Under the pieces are notes generated by a model that was given only the letters and a program-made list of their open reading frames with translations, was not told the origin of the DNA and searched no databases. Below, piece by piece: positions 63,210 to 64,000 of a DNA stretch of 64,000 bases (position 1 is the stretch's first letter; the number at the start of each line of letters is the position of its first letter). Source of the DNA: an uncultured virus (IMG/VR IMGVR_UViG_3300033158_000302) (taxonomy: Duplodnaviria > Heunggongvirae > Uroviricota > Caudoviricetes); IMG/VR virus record IMGVR_UViG_3300033158_000302. One strand, given 5' to 3'. Position numbers and translations under genes: made by a program.

Positions 63210-63503
63210 ATGGCGGGAATCACCGGCCCCTGGGACGCTGAACTGAACACCGCCGGAACGTACGTCGTCAACCTCATCCGCGCAGTCGCCGACCTTGAAC
63301 GCCACCACAACTGGCTGATCACCGTCGACGCCTCCGGGGAAGCGGACTGGAAAACCCAAGGCGCCGACGATCAGCAAATCGCCACCCTGCGCGGCGCCTT
63401 CGACCAGCTCCACCAGGCCGCCCAGGTCATCTATGGCAATGCGGCGCAACCGGACCCGCAAAGCCTGCTCGACTACGCCTGGCAGCTCACCAAAGGCCAG
63501 TAA
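63210..63503 (+). CDS. Small helical protein, paralog of 15156-15452
   Basis: AAGGAG RBS; shared C-terminal pattern. Confidence 0.65.
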   Translation: MAGITGPWDAELNTAGTYVVNLIRAVADLERHHNWLITVDASGEADWKTQGADDQQIATLRGAFDQLHQAAQVIYGNAAQPDPQSLLDYAWQLTKGQ

Positions 63504-63566
63504 GGACCGCGCCATGGCGGCGGCGCGGCCTGGGGGGGCAGAATCTGGCCAGAAAGAAGTCCCCTG

Positions 63567-63995
63567 ATGATGACATGGCCGGCGCTGCGGCAGCGGATAG
63601 GGCACCGCGGCGCGTTCCTGCTCTGCGTCGCCGCCTACGACCTGTTCTACGGCTGGTATCTGGCGATCGGCGGCGCCATCGAGCATGCGCCGCTCATCCC
63701 CGAACAGGTATGGGGTGGCCTGTGGCTCGCCGCCGCGCTGGTGCTGTTCGCCGGGGCGTTCTTCCGCCACGACGCGATCTTTTTCGCCGCCGGGATCCTC
63801 ATCAAAATGGTGTGGGCACTGGAATATTTCCGTCTCGACTTTCAGGCACACGTCCCCGGTGACTGGCTGCGCGGCTGCTACTGGCTGGCGCTGGCCGCCG
63901 CACTGGTCACGGTCGCCTTCTGGCCGGAACCAGCCAAACTAACCAAACCGCCCGGCCCGGACATTGACGTTGTGCAGCGGGCGAGGGACGCATGA
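63567..63995 (+). CDS. Four-TM membrane protein (probable start of lysis region)
   Basis: RIG.RGAFL start, four hydrophobic helices, position after tail genes. Confidence 0.65.
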   Translation: MMTWPALRQRIGHRGAFLLCVAAYDLFYGWYLAIGGAIEHAPLIPEQVWGGLWLAAALVLFAGAFFRHDAIFFAAGILIKMVWALEYFRLDFQAHVPGDWLRGCYWLALAAALVTVAFWPEPAKLTKPPGPDIDVVQRARDA

Positions 63996-64000
63996 CCTGG

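Larger units (their letters stand above)
1..64000 (+). mobile_element. Actinobacterial siphovirus/prophage genome segment (accessory genes plus complete packaging, head and tail modules)
   Basis: Co-oriented TerL, portal, MuF, protease/scaffold, MCP, neck, tail tube, chaperone, TMP and minor tail genes in siphovirus order; very high GC; no host housekeeping genes seen. Confidence 0.95.

Noticed and set aside
63567..63995. Definite holin call
   Set aside because: Four-TM protein in a plausible position, but no lysin in the window and no diagnostic motif

Overview
High-GC actinobacterial siphovirus or prophage segment with nearly all genes on the + strand. The window runs as follows. (1) 1-12.5 kb: a dense array of small accessory and regulatory genes, including a DNA methyltransferase, a TerS-like gene, a Zn-ribbon protein, an HTH protein, an endonuclease VII and a candidate late promoter. 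(2) 13-21.8 kb: a fibre/appendage module placed upstream of the terminase, with a 1961-aa repeat protein carrying a GH26 glycoside hydrolase domain. (3) 22-27 kb: a Dam-like methyltransferase, TerL with a Pro1 (class-3-like) LAGLIDADG intein, and two HNH nucleases. (4) 27-39.6 kb: the head module. The portal gene is split by a 7-nt CCG-TTA-A-CCG element that looks like a programmed translational bypass at the rare UUA codon. Portal is fused to MuF and to cargo domains. This and the next two ORFs are polyproteins whose modules (ART-like, zeta kinase, SAM-lyase-like, HEXXH zincin, DUF7178-like, TM protein) each begin with a W-x(3,4)-(H/E)-(P/L)-R-x(2,3)-G-(R/E)-(F/W) tag. A Mu-gpI-like protease/scaffold, two cement proteins, an Acb4/Gp49-family sponge gene and the major capsid gene follow. 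(5) 40-46 kb: a glycosyltransferase/epimerase/O-methyltransferase cassette. (6) 46-64 kb: neck genes interrupted by a Tat-exported heme peroxidase, then tail tube, frameshifted chaperone, tape measure with a lysozyme-like domain, minor tail proteins and the probable start of the lysis region. No integrase, lysin, tRNA, rRNA or CRISPR array was seen. All family calls are by motif recognition only, without database searches.
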